A program made the position numbers and the translations under genes. This document shows, piece by piece, positions 36,145 through 38,198 of a stretch of 38,198 nucleotides of DNA (positions are counted from its first letter, which is position 1; the number at the start of each line of letters is the position of its first letter). The notes under the pieces are model-generated. The model did not search any database. It saw only the letters and a list, made by a program, of their open reading frames with translations, and was not told the DNA's origin. Source of the DNA: Octopus bimaculoides (taxonomy: Eukaryota); assembly GCF_001194135.2 (NCBI RefSeq), contig NC_068992.1, forward strand, positions 61,154,400-61,192,597. Reading direction: 5' to 3'.

Positions 36145-36592
36145 ATGTATACCAACAAAATATCAAGAAAGGATCCTCCAAAATAGTTTGTTAGATGGCA
36201 ACCAACCACATGCAGTAACTTCCCTTCTGTCACATACAAACACAAACGCAAACCTCAAATTACATTGGCACACCAAATAATTATAATAATATTAATACTA
36301 ACAACACTGATAATGATATTTCTATTAATATTCATTAATATATTTTTTTTACTTTCTTATTTCTTTATTATTAAAAAAATTAATATATTTTTATATTGTT
36401 TTAAAATTTAATATCTCATGTAATAATAACAATAATATAAAATATAAACATAAGACTTTGCTCTTGAATAAGAGTTATATTTCAGGTTTAAATAATATCT
36501 TGATTTTTCCATACTTGGAAAGTTAGGTAAGTATACCATTGTCTACACTTATAAATATCTGACTGATTCTTTTTCTCTTTTTAAATTACTAG

Positions 36593-36671
36593 GTGTCAAT
36601 CCAATGGTGCTGTGCTTCCGTGTGAAGTTTTACCCAGAAGATCCCATGTCTCTACATGAAGAAATAACAAG
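36593..36671 (+). CDS. FRMD5: Internal coding exon (79 nt) of an FRMD5/FRMD3-like FERM-domain protein, FERM-N/FERM-M junction
   Basis: Acceptor ttttctctttttaaattactAG and donor GTatta. After a 2-nt lead it reads [25 protein letters not shown](R), matching the band-4.1 motif '[16 protein letters not shown]' as I recall it for FRMD5/3. Too short for the ORF track. Confidence 0.93.
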
Positions 36672-36707
36672 GTATTAATTCAATATATTTTTATTGTTAT
36701 TGTGAAG

Positions 36708-36990
36708 GCATGTGATTCAGTGGTTTGCACATTGGGCTTATAACTGTGATGCCGTAAGGTCAGTTCCCAGACTGAGCTCTGTGTTGTGTTCTTGAGCAAG
36801 ACATTTTACTTCACATTGTTCCTGTTCACTCGGCTCATTCAGAAAGGAGTTGCAACATTACTGGTGCCAAGCTGTATCCGTTTTTGCACTTCCCTTAGGA
36901 ATATTGGTGGCATAGAGAGGGAAGTGACTGCTGGACTTTTCCCCAAACAACCTTACTCAGACTTGTGCCTTGAAGGGGAACTTTCTAGGG
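36708..36990 (+). mobile_element. Family E-like SINE inside the short intron
   Basis: tgtgttgtgttcttgagcaagacattttacttcac. Confidence 0.7.
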
Positions 36991-37050
36991 GCAACCTCAT
37001 TGCCATTTATGACTGGAGGGGATTTTTATCCATTATTATTATTATTATTA

Positions 37051-37216
37051 TAGTGTTGGAAAATCTTGCAGTATTTTTGCCAGTTCTTTACATTTCTGCT
37101 TCACATTTCATCCTCTCGGGGTCAATAAATTAGGTACCAGTGAAACACTGGGATCAATGTAATAGACTAGTCCTCTCCCCACAAATTTCAGGCCTTGTGC
37201 CTTTTGGTAGAAAGGA
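37051..37216 (+). mobile_element. Family A SINE inside the short intron, between two (ATT)n runs
   Basis: ttcatcctctcggggtcaataaattaggtaccag...ttcaggccttgtgcc...agaaagga. Confidence 0.8.
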
Positions 37217-37264
37217 TTATTATTATTATTATAATGATAATCATTATTTATTCTTCCTCTTCAG

Positions 37265-37362
37265 ATACTGCTTGTTCCTGCAACTCCGAAGAGATCTACA
37301 TCATGGCCGTTTACTGTGCCCCCCAAGTGATGCTAACCTTTTGGCAGCCTACATAATACAGT
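37265..37362 (+). CDS. FRMD5: Next internal coding exon (98 nt) of the same FERM-domain gene
   Basis: Acceptor ttcttcctcttcAG and donor GTAAGT. Completes the split Arg codon (ag|a), then [32 protein letters not shown]. 'LQ..RDL.HGRLLC..SDA.LLAAYI.Q' is closer to FRMD5/3 than to EPB41/EPB41L5. The symbol is a family-level call. Confidence 0.93.
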
Positions 37363-37465
37363 GTAAGTTATCCAATTGTCATTGATAAGTCACTTCTGTT
37401 GTAAACTATATAGATCAATGTTTTATTCAGTGTTTTATATTTGGTATGCAATAAACAATAAAGCA

Positions 37466-37700
37466 TGAGTGTATAACTTAGTGGTTAGGCTGTTGCACTC
37501 ACAATCACGAGTCTGGACAGTGCATTGTGTTTTTGAGCAAAGCACTTCATTTCACATTGCTCTGTGATCATTTGAACATCTGACATGCACCTGTACAGGC
37601 AACATCGATTTGATAGAGGGAGTAAGCTAATGCACAGCATGAAATATTTGATCACTATAAACAAATCATCTGTGCAGGTTGTTTAGCAGTAAATTACAGA
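37466..37700 (+). mobile_element. Family E SINE
   Basis: cttagtggttaggctgttgcactcacaatcacgag...ttgagcaaagcacttcatttca. Confidence 0.82.
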
Positions 37701-38069
37701 ACTTGTCTTTCTTGAACTCATGAGACTACCTTTATACAATAAGATGTGAATGCTTGTGGCCTAATAGTTAGACCATTAGAATATAATTTGTAATGTTGAT
37801 GGTTCCATTCCAAGACTATTTTTCAAGGTACTTCGTTTCTTGGTACTTCATTCTACTCAGCTGAAAATGAGTTACATCTGCTGCAGAGCAGCACCTCACA
37901 GACTGTTATCTCCCAAATTTTACCCCAAAATCTTGCAAATGCCAAAATGCTATTGGCTGTTGATGGTTACAGCACACTGCATGATGGTGATGCAGTAAGG
38001 CAAATGGCGAGAACAGCAAGCGATATTTGTTGAATCCTTGAAATACATCAAAACAAAATATTTTGGTCA

Positions 38070-38160
38070 ATATTGCTTTCATCCTTCTGGGGTTGATAAA
38101 ATAAAGGACCAGTTGAGTACTGGGATTGATATATTTAGCTGGTCCTTCCGCCTATATCCA
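38070..38160 (+). mobile_element. Family A SINE core fragment
   Basis: gctttcatccttctggggttgataaaataaaggaccagttgagtactggg. Confidence 0.65.
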
Positions 38161-38198
38161 AATTTCTAGCTTTTTGGAAGAATTTCCAATTGGGAAAT

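Larger units (their letters stand above)
36672..37264 (+). other. GT-AG intron (593 nt, phase 2) between the two FERM exons, largely filled by two SINEs
   Basis: Canonical ends; the reading frame continues across the junction. Confidence 0.92.

Noticed and set aside
37861-38030. Open frame after an acceptor in the right phase for the next FERM exon
   Set aside because: Peptide (ENELHLLQSS...) does not resemble the expected E.GDYD motif; the sequence looks SINE-derived.

Overview
AT-rich, repeat-saturated eukaryotic genomic DNA with six N-gaps. The SINE families, microsatellite load and intron style suggest an octopus (inference). The only recognisable coding sequence is two + strand exons of an FRMD5/FRMD3-like FERM-domain gene (36593-36671 and 37265-37362, joined in frame by a GT-AG intron); the rest is probably intronic. 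The intron holds dozens of tRNA-derived SINE copies from several modular families (A, B, C and E are my own labels; F and G are unclassified repeats), a TTAA piggyBac-type MITE, two Helitron-like ends, a decayed R4/Dong-clade retrotransposon 3' end, a 42-bp minisatellite and a perfect 60-bp inverted repeat at a gap edge. Almost all listed ORFs are microsatellite or N-gap artefacts. I found no convincing novel system; the best leads concern TE biology, dsRNA/editing substrates and a possible cassette exon. Repeat boundaries are approximate.
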